Shown piece by piece: positions 1 through 8,329 of a stretch of 64,000 nucleotides of DNA. The DNA is from Candidatus Nomurabacteria bacterium. GTDB taxonomy: Bacteria; Patescibacteriota; Minisyncoccia; Phycocordibacterales; UBA918. The position numbers were made by a program, and so were the translations under genes. The notes beneath the pieces were generated by a model. The model ran no database searches, was not told where the DNA came from, and was given only the letters and a program-made list of their open reading frames with translations. How positions within the stretch are numbered: the stretch's first letter is position 1; every line of letters starts with the position of its first letter. The stretch is taken from NCBI GenBank assembly GCA_020632135.1, contig JACKGC010000001.1:180241-244240 (forward strand), in the 5' to 3' direction.

Positions 1-1
1 A

Positions 2-367
2 CGAAGTAGTGCGGGGTTAGGGTTGTTTGCCGCCGCGCCGTTTAAAAAGGGCGACCTGGTGATCGAGTACACGGGTAAGACCATCAGCGACGGTGAAGCG
101 CAGCGGCGCGGCGGCAAATACCTTTTCGAACTTAACGATGATTGGACCATTGACGGTACTGGCCGTGAAAATATCGCTCGCTACATCAACCACAGCTGCA
201 AGCCCAACTGCGAACCGGAGCTCAATGAAGATGAAACTCGAGTGTTCATCTATGCGAAAAAGAAAATTGCTCCCGGGGAGGAGCTGACATATAACTACGG
301 CACGGATTATTTTAAGCGGGTCATCAAGCCGCTCGGCTGTCGCTGTGAGAAGTGTGCTACGGCGTAG
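2..367 (+). CDS. SET-domain protein methyltransferase, 5' end probably outside the window
   Basis: Frame is open to position 2. Carries the SET signatures RYINHSCKPNC and GEELTYNYG and the post-SET motif CRCEKC. Confidence 0.8.
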   Translation, partial: RSSAGLGLFAAAPFKKGDLVIEYTGKTISDGEAQRRGGKYLFELNDDWTIDGTGRENIARYINHSCKPNCEPELNEDETRVFIYAKKKIAPGEELTYNYGTDYFKRVIKPLGCRCEKCATA

Positions 368-1064
368 CTTCTGAGCTGGGGGTGGTCTCAAGCGGCGCGT
401 CCTCTGGACGCGCCGCTTCTGCGTCAGTGTCGATCTCCTCACTCACCGCTTCTGTACTCGACGCGACCGCAGCAGTCGAGCTCGCAGTAGCATCAGTATT
501 TGACGCAGTCGTGGAACTCGCTGTTGTACTTGCCACTTCTACCGGCGGCTTTGGCGGTGTTTGAATACCAAGGCCGTGTAGACCGCCGTCTACCTTACGT
601 TCCTTGTTGGTATTTTGTACCGGCACCTCGATCTGTGTGATCATCAGGTCTTGCTCAGTCGCCTGGTTGTTTTTGATCCGGTCGTTACGTGCTTTGATGG
701 TTGCTTGCACATCGATCTGGCCCTGGTCGGTGAAGCCCACTGCCGCCGAGGAACCAAGCCCAACTACCAACAGCACACCAACCACCATAAGACGTTTGCG
801 CTTACGACGAACTATCGCCTTATTCCCCGCCAGTGATGTTGGCGCCTTTCGTTCCTCTGTGGTTTCTGGTGGCGGCGCGGGCTTTTTGACCTTCACTGGC
901 TTTTGCTCTACCTCATCCTGCTGCTTGCGCACTGGTTCAGCCGTACTCTCGCGAGTACTCCTGCGTGTGGCACGCTTGCGCACCGCACGTCTACGCGGTA
1001 CTTCTGGCTCATCAGATGAACGAGGCATATTGCCAGAATTGTACCATCTGGCCGAAAGAACCAC
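357..1064 (-). CDS. hypothetical single-pass membrane protein (basic N-terminus, Ser/Thr/Ala-rich C-terminus)
   Basis: 235-aa ORF with one hydrophobic helix (LMVVGVLLVVGLGSSAAVGF). Alternative start at 1028 (MPRSSDE). No family recognised. Confidence 0.5.
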   Translation of the reverse strand: MVLSARWYNSGNMPRSSDEPEVPRRRAVRKRATRRSTRESTAEPVRKQQDEVEQKPVKVKKPAPPPETTEERKAPTSLAGNKAIVRRKRKRLMVVGVLLVVGLGSSAAVGFTDQGQIDVQATIKARNDRIKNNQATEQDLMITQIEVPVQNTNKERKVDGGLHGLGIQTPPKPPVEVASTTASSTTASNTDATASSTAAVASSTEAVSEEIDTDAEAARPEDAPLETTPSSEATP

Positions 1065-1285
1065 TAACCCTGCTCACACGCGCGATCACTTTTTTCGCCA
1101 CTGACGTTTCTGGAGTGATTTTGAGCGAGCTATTTCAGCTACGTGGCAATGTAAGAAGCTTGAAGCAGTGCGATACCCTACCGGCTTCGAACGCTTACCG
1201 GATTTACCGGGGCGATGTTTCATTATTGGTAGTGTAGCAAAATGGCCGCGCGCCAAAGGCGCGCGGCCACTGCTATACTACATCC

Positions 1286-1897
1286 ATGAAACGCTTGCGG
1301 CTTTATATAGCACTCACTCTGGCGCTCGGCGTTGCTGGCTGGCTCTTCTGGCCCGAACCAGCCCCGCTCCTACCTACCACGGGTAGCACTATCGTGATAT
1401 TTGGCGACAGTTTAGCAGCCGGGGTCGGGGCGGCCGAGGGTGGCGATATCGCCTCCCGGCTCACCACCGCCCTCGGCCGCCCCATCTTGAACCTCGGAGT
1501 CCCCGGCGATACCACCGCTGATGGTCTCGCCCGAATTGAAGAACTCCTCGCCGCTGACCCGCAGGTTGTAATACTCCTTCTCGGCGGCAACGACGCTCTC
1601 AAGCAAGTCCCGGTCGAAGACATTTTCGCAAATCTTACGCGCATCATCACGCGCATCCAGGCAGTTGGCGCGGCAGTAATACTCGTGGGAGAACCAGGCG
1701 GCCTCTACGGCAACCGTTTCGAAAAGGAATACGAACGTCTCGCACGAACATATCGCACCTTCTATGTACCCAACATCCTCTCCGGACTCATTGGCCGCGC
1801 TGAATACATGAGCGATTACATTCACCCCAACGACGCCGGCTACCAAAAGGCCACCGAGCGCATTTTACCGGTGGTACAAGACGCGCTCGGTGTCTAA
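1286..1897 (+). CDS. SGNH/GDSL-family hydrolase with N-terminal signal/anchor
   Basis: Conserved blocks FGDSLAAG, LLLGGNDAL and IHPNDAGY. Hydrophobic N-terminus. Confidence 0.8.
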   Translation: MKRLRLYIALTLALGVAGWLFWPEPAPLLPTTGSTIVIFGDSLAAGVGAAEGGDIASRLTTALGRPILNLGVPGDTTADGLARIEELLAADPQVVILLLGGNDALKQVPVEDIFANLTRIITRIQAVGAAVILVGEPGGLYGNRFEKEYERLARTYRTFYVPNILSGLIGRAEYMSDYIHPNDAGYQKATERILPVVQDALGV

Positions 1898-2503
1898 TTA
1901 AGACTTCTTAGTGATCCGTAACCAAAAGTAAAGCGTGGTAGCAACCATGGCACCAAGCGTGTCCGCCAACATATCTTTCTGCGCATCCCAGATGTCTCCC
2001 TGGCTACCAAGATACGCAGCCCCCGCCTCCGGTGCAGCGCCTGCGGCGTAGATCCACTCAATGAGTTCGTACCCCATCGCGACCGTTGCGATCGCAAAGA
2101 TCGGGTACGTGTACAGCAAAAAACGATCAGTGACCAACCGCTTCACAGACAACCACTCAGCGATCGCAAACGCGTACAACCCGACACTAAAGTGTGCGAT
2201 CCGATCGAAGTGGTTGCGTTCAAACCCAAAGAAGTCAGTGACGTACTCAAACGGCACTTGTGCGAAGGTCCAGTGTCCACCGATCGTGTGCAGGTATATG
2301 AGCACAAACATGAGTACGTACGCTGTGCTAGAAAAGCGTACGCCTCTGGCATACAAGCCAACTATGGCAAGAACAATGATCCAGACCGTCAAATTTTCCA
2401 CAAACCACGTTGGTCGATCGACCGGATCAAAGGCGAGTACTGTAAATAGAACAATGTAGCCTGCCAGTAGCCACTGCAAGCAAGTATTTTGGATCAATCT
2501 CAT
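1898..2503 (-). CDS. DUF2238/YjdF-like polytopic membrane protein
   Basis: 201-aa ORF with about 6 hydrophobic helices. HTIGGHWTF and NHFDRIAHF segments resemble the YjdF family (from memory). Confidence 0.55.
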   Translation of the reverse strand: MRLIQNTCLQWLLAGYIVLFTVLAFDPVDRPTWFVENLTVWIIVLAIVGLYARGVRFSSTAYVLMFVLIYLHTIGGHWTFAQVPFEYVTDFFGFERNHFDRIAHFSVGLYAFAIAEWLSVKRLVTDRFLLYTYPIFAIATVAMGYELIEWIYAAGAAPEAGAAYLGSQGDIWDAQKDMLADTLGAMVATTLYFWLRITKKS

Positions 2504-2523
2504 ATGAAAAATTATACAGCACT

Positions 2524-2550
2524 AAAAAAGCGCGACCCGAAGGGTCGCGC
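2524..2550 (-). terminator. intrinsic terminator (GCGCGACCC-GAA-GGGTCGCGC, U-tract on minus strand)
   Basis: 9-bp GC stem. The A6 run on the plus strand gives a U6 tail on the minus strand, downstream of the regulator gene. Confidence 0.7.
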
Positions 2551-2599
2551 GCAACTCGCTACACAGCAGCCACACAAAGAACAACAGGATCAACGGCCA

Positions 2600-3289
2600 T
2601 CACACTTCCTGCATCGACTCATCGGTTGCAAGCATGTACCCAAAATCGCGACTGTACCTGATCAATCGCTTCCCTACCACCGGATCGATCTTTTTCAGGC
2701 GGCTACGAATGCGACACATATACGTCCGCATCACCCCCTCCGGATCAACACTGCTTGCATTAAAGAAGTGTCTGACACTGGCCTTTGACACCGACTTACC
2801 TTGATATTCGGCAAGCTTGGCCAAAATGGAAAACTCTTTAGGGGTGAACGACACTTTCTTTTGATACATTCTCGCCTCACGGCGTCTAAGATCAACTTCG
2901 AGCGGACCGGCGTATATGATACGCTGCAGCATTGCCTCACGGTGACGCGTTCGAGCTAAAAAGACCGCCGCGATCTCTTGCGGGTCAAGGCGGTCGGAGA
3001 CCGCGTCATCAAACCCATCTTCGATCCGAGCGATGCGACCAAAGTGAAAACTATGAGCAGGCACCACGGCGATCAACTGATGTTCCAACGCCACTTCACG
3101 AGCTCGCAAGACGAACTCCGTGTTCGCATACGGAAACAAGACCGCTCCCAACTGATGCTTGCCATATCGCGCATCGTCGTGGAGCATCTTGATCGCCGCT
3201 CGTTCGCCAAGACAGTGCATGATCGGTACACCATGCGTTCGAAGCAGTTGCCCAATTTCTTGAGACATATCAACTAAAAGTAATTTCAC
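2600..3289 (-). CDS. OmpR/PhoB-type winged-helix regulator with degenerate (pseudo) receiver domain
   Basis: GTG at 3289 lies 6 nt after GGGAGA. The C-terminus has an OmpR-like wHTH (FTPKEFSILAKLAEYQGKSVSK...RTYMCRIRSRLKK). The receiver-like N-terminus lacks the phospho-acceptor Asp. The longer 277-aa ORF would overlap the neighbouring gene. Confidence 0.7.
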   Translation of the reverse strand: MKLLLVDMSQEIGQLLRTHGVPIMHCLGERAAIKMLHDDARYGKHQLGAVLFPYANTEFVLRAREVALEHQLIAVVPAHSFHFGRIARIEDGFDDAVSDRLDPQEIAAVFLARTRHREAMLQRIIYAGPLEVDLRRREARMYQKKVSFTPKEFSILAKLAEYQGKSVSKASVRHFFNASSVDPEGVMRTYMCRIRSRLKKIDPVVGKRLIRYSRDFGYMLATDESMQEV

Positions 3290-3393
3290 GTGCGTCTCCC
3301 GTTTCTGCACAGAACAAACCGCCGCAATGCTACATAACAAGAGGCGGTGAGTCAACTGGTAGGCGGCGCGGAGCCCGAAGGGCTCCCCGCCGC

Positions 3394-3912
3394 CTACCGA
3401 CGCAATACGAATCGCAGCTCCTTCTCTGCCCACTCCTTCGCATATGCCACGCCAATGCGTGGCGTGCTCTCAATTTGCTCTGACGAAACCATCGTCTCCC
3501 CCTCTTCGACCCAGAGTCCGACTTTCTTCCCAACCGACTGACCATTGAGCGTGCGCGTAATACCAAGCGCCTTAGTGAGCTTGCCCGGCCCATTCCACTT
3601 CCCCACGCCGCGAATGAGTACGGCCGCCGGGTACCCAGCCTCACCGGTCACAATATTCAACATGTCGTACATGCCATACACCAAGTACATATAGATCGTA
3701 CCCGGCCGCCCAAACATAACTTCAGTGCGCGCTGTCCGCCCCTTACTAGCGTGACTTGCCAAGTCGTGTGGACCAACGTACGCTTCTGTTTCAGTGATGA
3801 TGTGTCGCTCAATTTTCTCCCCCACTCGTACACAGAGTACGCAGCCTAAAAGCTCCCGTGCCACCACCTCAGCTGGTCGGTCAAAAAATGGGTTCTGGAG
3901 CATGCGCGTCAT
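3394..3912 (-). CDS. mpg: DNA-3-methyladenine glycosylase (Mpg/AAG family)
   Basis: ARELLGC, ITETEAYVGPHDLASHA and GTIYMYLVYGMYDMLNIV motifs are typical of the family. Confidence 0.85.
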   Translation of the reverse strand: MTRMLQNPFFDRPAEVVARELLGCVLCVRVGEKIERHIITETEAYVGPHDLASHASKGRTARTEVMFGRPGTIYMYLVYGMYDMLNIVTGEAGYPAAVLIRGVGKWNGPGKLTKALGITRTLNGQSVGKKVGLWVEEGETMVSSEQIESTPRIGVAYAKEWAEKELRFVLRR

Positions 3913-3935
3913 GACCGTATCATAGCGAAAATGAA

Positions 3936-3955
3936 GCGGCCCCTAAAGGGGCCGC
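3936..3955 (-). terminator. GC hairpin GCGGCCCC-TAAA-GGGGCCGC after the nuclease gene
   Basis: 8-bp GC stem followed by a U-rich stretch on the minus strand. Confidence 0.55.
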
Positions 3956-3993
3956 TCCAACAATTCATCTAACATGCTCATATCAAACCGGCA

Positions 3994-5187
3994 CTAAGAG
4001 GGATCAACAATATCCACCTGCGTCCGATATTCTTTAAGCGCCACCTTATCTGCCACCTGACTGAGCGCAGCCTTGAGCGTCTTATCAGCTTTTCCTACTA
4101 CGATCATTCCTCGTACTTTTTTCCCGTCTGGCTCTGCGAGTTTTTCACTGACCCAGCCCATGTAGTTGAGCACCTGCCCCACCACCTTATAACCAGACTC
4201 TGCTCGCTTGAGCTCTATCACCACAAAATCATCGTCCTTATCAATGGCGAGAATATCAATAATTCCTACATCGGTCGTATACTGCTGCCCTTCTGAACCA
4301 CCCTCATCTATGTAGATCCGAAGCTCTTCACCAAAATTAATTCGATCCCAGTTTTTAATAATGTATTCCTCCAAGTGGTTTTCGTACGCAAAGAAACCCG
4401 TGTTCGTTTCCATGCCTTCACCTACTACATCCTCCTCATCAGTCCGAGCTGGTACCGCCTCAGCTGCTTCTGCTGCGCGTTTAGCGTACACGCGGGCGCC
4501 AACATAGATCACATTTTGTGTCATCCAGCGCGAAGCAGCATCATCGAAGGAAAGGTGTTGCGTTAAACGTTTCTTCAGCGCCTGCACTGCTTCATTCCCA
4601 TCAATATGCTCACGTAGTGCTTCGATGTACGGCTGATACACTTCATACTGCTCGCCAGCAGTCAGACGTATCGGCATCTTGAATGAGTCATCAATATACT
4701 TCGCGAACACGCGCCATTCACTTGGCTTTAGTGGATTGTACTTTTCTGGGTATCGAAGTCCTAGTAACAGGCTTAAAAACCGGAGATTGACGTAACTATG
4801 TGCCTCTTCACCAAGCGTCTTATTACGCATCGCCATCAGATCATCAAAAGCGCTTTCTGCTTCTGCCAACCGATCTTGCACTAACAATGATTCATCAAAC
4901 AACCGCTGCAAAATAGTTCGCACTTCAGCTTGATGCTCTTCGGCAAAAATAAGAAGCATCTTCTTCGGGAAATACATACTTCCTGCCACTAAATTAGTAT
5001 TCAAAATGGCCTCATCAAGCATATTCACCAAGTCATCCGCCTCAAGGTCAAAATGCTTTTGAAAATGTTCCACCGCCTCAAACTTATACCCTTCTTCATC
5101 CTGTACATGATACGCCTCTCCCACCTCAGCAACATGCTTGAGAAATAGCTGCACCCACGATCGAATTTTTTGTTGGTCTATTTGCAT
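3994..5187 (-). CDS. NucS/DUF91-like PD-(D/E)xK nuclease domain fused to a long helical N-terminal domain
   Basis: C-terminal IDILAIDKDDDFVVIELKR...VVGQVLNYMGW matches the D...ExK NucS-type core. The N-terminal roughly 270 aa resemble the helical lead domains seen on McrB-like restriction proteins (from memory). Confidence 0.6.
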   Translation of the reverse strand: MQIDQQKIRSWVQLFLKHVAEVGEAYHVQDEEGYKFEAVEHFQKHFDLEADDLVNMLDEAILNTNLVAGSMYFPKKMLLIFAEEHQAEVRTILQRLFDESLLVQDRLAEAESAFDDLMAMRNKTLGEEAHSYVNLRFLSLLLGLRYPEKYNPLKPSEWRVFAKYIDDSFKMPIRLTAGEQYEVYQPYIEALREHIDGNEAVQALKKRLTQHLSFDDAASRWMTQNVIYVGARVYAKRAAEAAEAVPARTDEEDVVGEGMETNTGFFAYENHLEEYIIKNWDRINFGEELRIYIDEGGSEGQQYTTDVGIIDILAIDKDDDFVVIELKRAESGYKVVGQVLNYMGWVSEKLAEPDGKKVRGMIVVGKADKTLKAALSQVADKVALKEYRTQVDIVDPS

Positions 5188-5594
5188 AACTCACTTATAT
5201 CAGATTTACGATGTTAACAAACTAGACTAGGTGTGGTTTTTCATGTACCGATCAATTCTTTCTTCTCTTCAGTACTTTTGTTTCCTGCAAAATATACCTC
5301 GATACACAGCACCTCCACTGCTGTGCCATCAAACCCACACACCACTCGAGACAGTGCACCTTTTGCCGCTCGGCACATCATGCGCGAGCGTGTAGCACAC
5401 ACGCACGCACATACCGCACGACTTTCAACCTGGCAATTTTTAGAATTTTATGTCCCTGTTCCAACTTCTCGGAAGCACGTTCGCCATGAATATCTTGTAT
5501 TGATCGTGACACGGCACGCCACACACCTTGAAACCATCCTGTTTCGTAGTAGTGTATGGCCAGAACAGTTGATCCACACAAAGGAGTGCTCTAC

Positions 5595-5936
5595 GTGACC
5601 ACCTATCGCTACTTTCTCGAACCGATCGGCCCCGAAGCCAATGAGGCACTGGCCGACCTCCTCAACCAAATGGGCGAATCTGCCTCGTCGTGTGAACGAC
5701 GAAACGTCATGACCCAAAGGGGATTGGTCGAATTCATGTACGAAGTACCGCGGCACGCGACGGTGACCATCGCTGGCCACTCGGTACACAAAGGACACTT
5801 CCGAGCCTATGTGCAAGAAGGTGCTGGCAAGATCCGTCAGCACTCCTTGTACAAGAACATCGGCAAGCGAGTGTCTCGAGCAAAGGGGGTGCAAAGGGTT
5901 AAACGAGAGCTCAAAGAAAAAGCCAAACGGCGCTAG
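5595..5936 (+). CDS. hypothetical basic protein
   Basis: GTG at 5595 lies 8 nt after AAGGAG, and the terminator at 5966-5995 follows. A longer form starting at ATG 5556 is possible. Confidence 0.45.
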   Translation: MTTYRYFLEPIGPEANEALADLLNQMGESASSCERRNVMTQRGLVEFMYEVPRHATVTIAGHSVHKGHFRAYVQEGAGKIRQHSLYKNIGKRVSRAKGVQRVKRELKEKAKRR

Positions 5937-5965
5937 TTCTTACCAAATGCACTGATCCACATCCT

Positions 5966-5995
5966 AAAAGCCGGGCGCTTCGCGCCCGGCTTTTT
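5966..5995. terminator. bidirectional terminator AAAA-GCCGGGCGC-TTC-GCGCCCGGC-TTTTT
   Basis: 9-bp GC stem with a cUUCGg-type loop, an A-run upstream and a T-run downstream. Confidence 0.8.
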
Positions 5996-6098
5996 CATTC
6001 CTCCGCAACACCCAACTCCTCCTGCACCCTTTCACTTCGGGCCAGCCAAAAGCAGTACGACCAGGTCGGTCATCTTGCTTTTGTTTTTTGGATCACTC

Positions 6099-6398
6099 TC
6101 AGCAATGAGCAGCGTGAGTGCGGTGAGTGCTGCCGGGGTCAGTCGCTTTGTGTCGAGCCTGCGCGCCTTCCTTTTGAACTTGTAAGGATTCCTTACAAGT
6201 TGCCTTTTCATTGAGTTCTTTGTCTTTGTAAATATGTCTCAAATGAATAGTGACGTTTTGCGGAGTAACTCCAAATACTTGAGCCATATCCGCCTGCGTT
6301 GCCCACAAGGTCTCATTGTGAAAATCACCGCGCAGCTTCACCTGCCCTTTCGCTCCTTTGAATATTACGAGTTCCTTCTCCGTCCTTTTCTTGATCAT
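6099..6398 (-). pseudogene. truncated RhuM-like N-terminal fragment
   Basis: VIFKGAKGQVKLRGDFHNETLWATQADMAQVFGVTPQNVTIHLRHIYKDKELNE matches the RhuM N-terminus. Similarity ends after about 65 aa, whereas full-length members are about 300 aa. Confidence 0.5.
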
Positions 6399-6421
6399 CC
6401 GGCAAGTATAGCGAAACTGAA

Positions 6422-6438
6422 AAAGCCGGGCGCTTCAC
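6422..6438. repeat. half copy (left arm plus loop only) of the 5966-5995 terminator
   Basis: AAAAAGCCGGGCGCTTC is identical to the left half of the full hairpin. The right arm is missing. Confidence 0.8.
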
Positions 6439-6517
6439 CACAGGAGTACTTCCATTTTTACAGTCGAAGTTTCCTCCTTAAAAATTAGGTCGCACATCCG
6501 ACATTTCTATAACAGCC

Positions 6518-6874
6518 TCAGTCTTTCCAATTGAATTGATCAAGACTCTCGAGATACCCCTCTATTCTCTTCCTGTCCTCGTTTTCTTTAACCCCTTTAA
6601 AGTACAGCTCAATGTACATAAACGTAATAGTGTTTTCATGGTACGCATACACCACCCGAAGCGACCGATTCTTCAAAGCATGGCAAGCCAACCGTGCCTT
6701 TACCACCTGCACACACTCGTCACTGTGTATGATTGTGAAATTCTTTCCAATACCAGTCGGCGCAACAAGTAAGATCTGCTCAAATGCTTTAAGGTCGGCT
6801 GGGATAGACCGGTATTTTTTCGCCAACTTTTTCTTCTCCTTATCAAATTCTGACAGTGAATCAAAGCGACTCAT
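6518..6874 (-). CDS. RelE/ParE-superfamily-like toxin (TA module 1)
   Basis: 118 aa starting at MSRFDS. FDKEKKKLAKKY, VVKARLACHALKNRSLRVVYAY and FMYIELYFKGVKEN fit the RelE/ParE fold pattern. Overlaps the upstream antitoxin gene by 14 nt. Confidence 0.55.
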   Translation of the reverse strand: MSRFDSLSEFDKEKKKLAKKYRSIPADLKAFEQILLVAPTGIGKNFTIIHSDECVQVVKARLACHALKNRSLRVVYAYHENTITFMYIELYFKGVKENEDRKRIEGYLESLDQFNWKD

Positions 6875-7598
6875 ATTCTCGCTGCGAAGTCTCCTCCGGT
6901 CGGTAAAAAACATGTTCGTAATTCAACACTTCCCGGTCGGCTGCCACTTTCCATGGTGTGTCGATATGAGAGAGTTCAGACAATTCCTTCGCGCTTAAGT
7001 GTGCAAGACGTTTCACCTCATCATCAATGTGTTTTAGTTCCCTGCCAGACAACGCAGAGACGTCAGGTTCAGTTGTCGGGATGTACTTGGTTTGATCATA
7101 GCCAAAATGTTTGCTCTTGACCTCAACGATCTGCCCCGCTCGCTCCATTTCTTTCACGATCTTCGCAAATGAAACCGGAGTCGGGCCGTAGGTATTCTTG
7201 ATGTACATTGCGCCGATAAGCTGCTCTTCATACTTTTCGTAATAGTCAAAATCAATGAAGTACAACAATTTATACAGTGCGGTCTGACCGATGTTTGGTT
7301 TGGCTCCTACTTTGTTCAAAATATAGAGCAAGGTCTGCTTGAACTTCTCGACATGCTCACATGGGATCTTTCTGGGCTCCACCTCAGGCACCGCCTGCAC
7401 TTTTGTGTCGGTATGCTTCTCGACCCGCTCTCGTGACACTCTAAAAAGCTGCGACAGTATCGCCTTCTGGCCTTCCGTTGGCTTGCGTCGGCCTTTCTCA
7501 AGCTGAATGTAGGTGGGACGAGATATGTCCAAGGCCTGCGCAACATCAGCCTGCGACAGACCAAGCGCTTTGCGCTTAGTGTGGATCCACGTAGTCAT
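6861..7598 (-). CDS. XRE-HTH + Panacea/DUF4065 (SocA/PanA-like) antitoxin (TA module 1)
   Basis: N-terminal HTH (LGLSQADVAQALDISRPTYIQLEKG). Central ALYKLLYFIDFDYY...YGPTPVSF matches the DUF4065 core. Start taken at MTTWIHTKRK. Confidence 0.7.
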   Translation of the reverse strand: MTTWIHTKRKALGLSQADVAQALDISRPTYIQLEKGRRKPTEGQKAILSQLFRVSRERVEKHTDTKVQAVPEVEPRKIPCEHVEKFKQTLLYILNKVGAKPNIGQTALYKLLYFIDFDYYEKYEEQLIGAMYIKNTYGPTPVSFAKIVKEMERAGQIVEVKSKHFGYDQTKYIPTTEPDVSALSGRELKHIDDEVKRLAHLSAKELSELSHIDTPWKVAADREVLNYEHVFYRPEETSQREYESL

Positions 7599-7676
7599 AG
7601 ACTGAGTATGACACAGACACAACCGTTTTTCAATATTTACTGTATATGTTGTAAAAATGTAAACACAGAAGAACGA

Positions 7677-7709
7677 GTAAAAGCGCCACCCTTCGGGTGG
7701 CGCTTTTAC
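7677..7709. terminator. bidirectional terminator AAAAGCGCCACCC-TTCG-GGTGGCGCTTTT
   Basis: Perfect 9-bp GC stem with a UUCG loop and A/T runs on both sides. Confidence 0.75.
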
Positions 7710-7892
7710 TCGTACCTGCCTTCAACTCATACACTACGAATCTGACTGATGGCCTACCAACCCGCCCTTATCACATCTCCAATTTGATTTTGGCTTGACC
7801 GCGGCCTAGAGAGCTTCTTGATTTACGTTGCGTACGGAGACACTTAATGACTTGCGTCCAGCAAGATAAACTACACCACAAGAAATTCAATT

Positions 7893-7918
7893 AAACCGTG
7901 ACTGTCACGGTTTTTTTT
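7893..7918. terminator. hairpin ACCGTGA-CTG-TCACGGT followed by T8
   Basis: 7-bp stem with T8 on the plus strand. Lies just downstream of toxin 2 on the minus strand. Confidence 0.55.
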
Positions 7919-7928
7919 CACGGTTTTT

Positions 7929-8324
7929 CTAAGACACAAGATGTCTGTACTCTGGGTAGTGTCCAGCAATTAGTCGTTTCCACTCAGTGGTTTCATTGCG
8001 ACCAGGCAGATCATTCTTGTTATACACCAGCAAGATCCTTACCACTTTCTCTTCAACCAAGCAGACTGCTATACACCGATTACCCGAAGTTTTTGCGGAC
8101 ACACCACTCCCTACAACCGCAAACTCTGACTTAATGATTTGCACACCGTCGGTTTCACAAATGACATTTGCTCGTTTCTTTTCCAGCAAGTTATCGACGC
8201 GTTCATACATGGCCCGTATCGCATCTTCTGTAAGATCCCAGTTTTGCTTGTACTTTTTACGAAACTTTTTGATAAAGTGTCGCTCCGCAAAATCTTCAAT
8301 AACGACCGTATACAACCCGTGCAT
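7929..8324 (-). CDS. RelE/ParE-superfamily-like toxin (TA module 2)
   Basis: 131 aa. FIKKFRKKYKQN, SGNRCIAVCLVEEKVVRILLVYNKND pattern. Lies 5 nt downstream of the second Panacea antitoxin. Confidence 0.5.
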   Translation of the reverse strand: MHGLYTVVIEDFAERHFIKKFRKKYKQNWDLTEDAIRAMYERVDNLLEKKRANVICETDGVQIIKSEFAVVGSGVSAKTSGNRCIAVCLVEEKVVRILLVYNKNDLPGRNETTEWKRLIAGHYPEYRHLVS

Positions 8325-8329
8325 GAGAC

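Noticed and set aside
17-442. 141-aa minus ORF overlapping the SET-domain gene.
   Set aside because: It is antisense to a gene with unmistakable SET motifs, and its Arg-rich sequence is implausible.
3290-3433. N-terminal 48-aa extension of the regulator ORF (277-aa version).
   Set aside because: It would overlap the 3' end of mpg. The GTG at 3289 has a GGGAGA SD and aligns with the start of the receiver fold.
5233-5894. ORFs 5233-5598 (+), 5378-5581 (-), 5440-5649 (-) and 5448-5894 (-).
   Set aside because: They have no SD, low-complexity or implausible sequences, and they overlap each other. Only the plus frame from GTG 5595 has an SD and a terminator.
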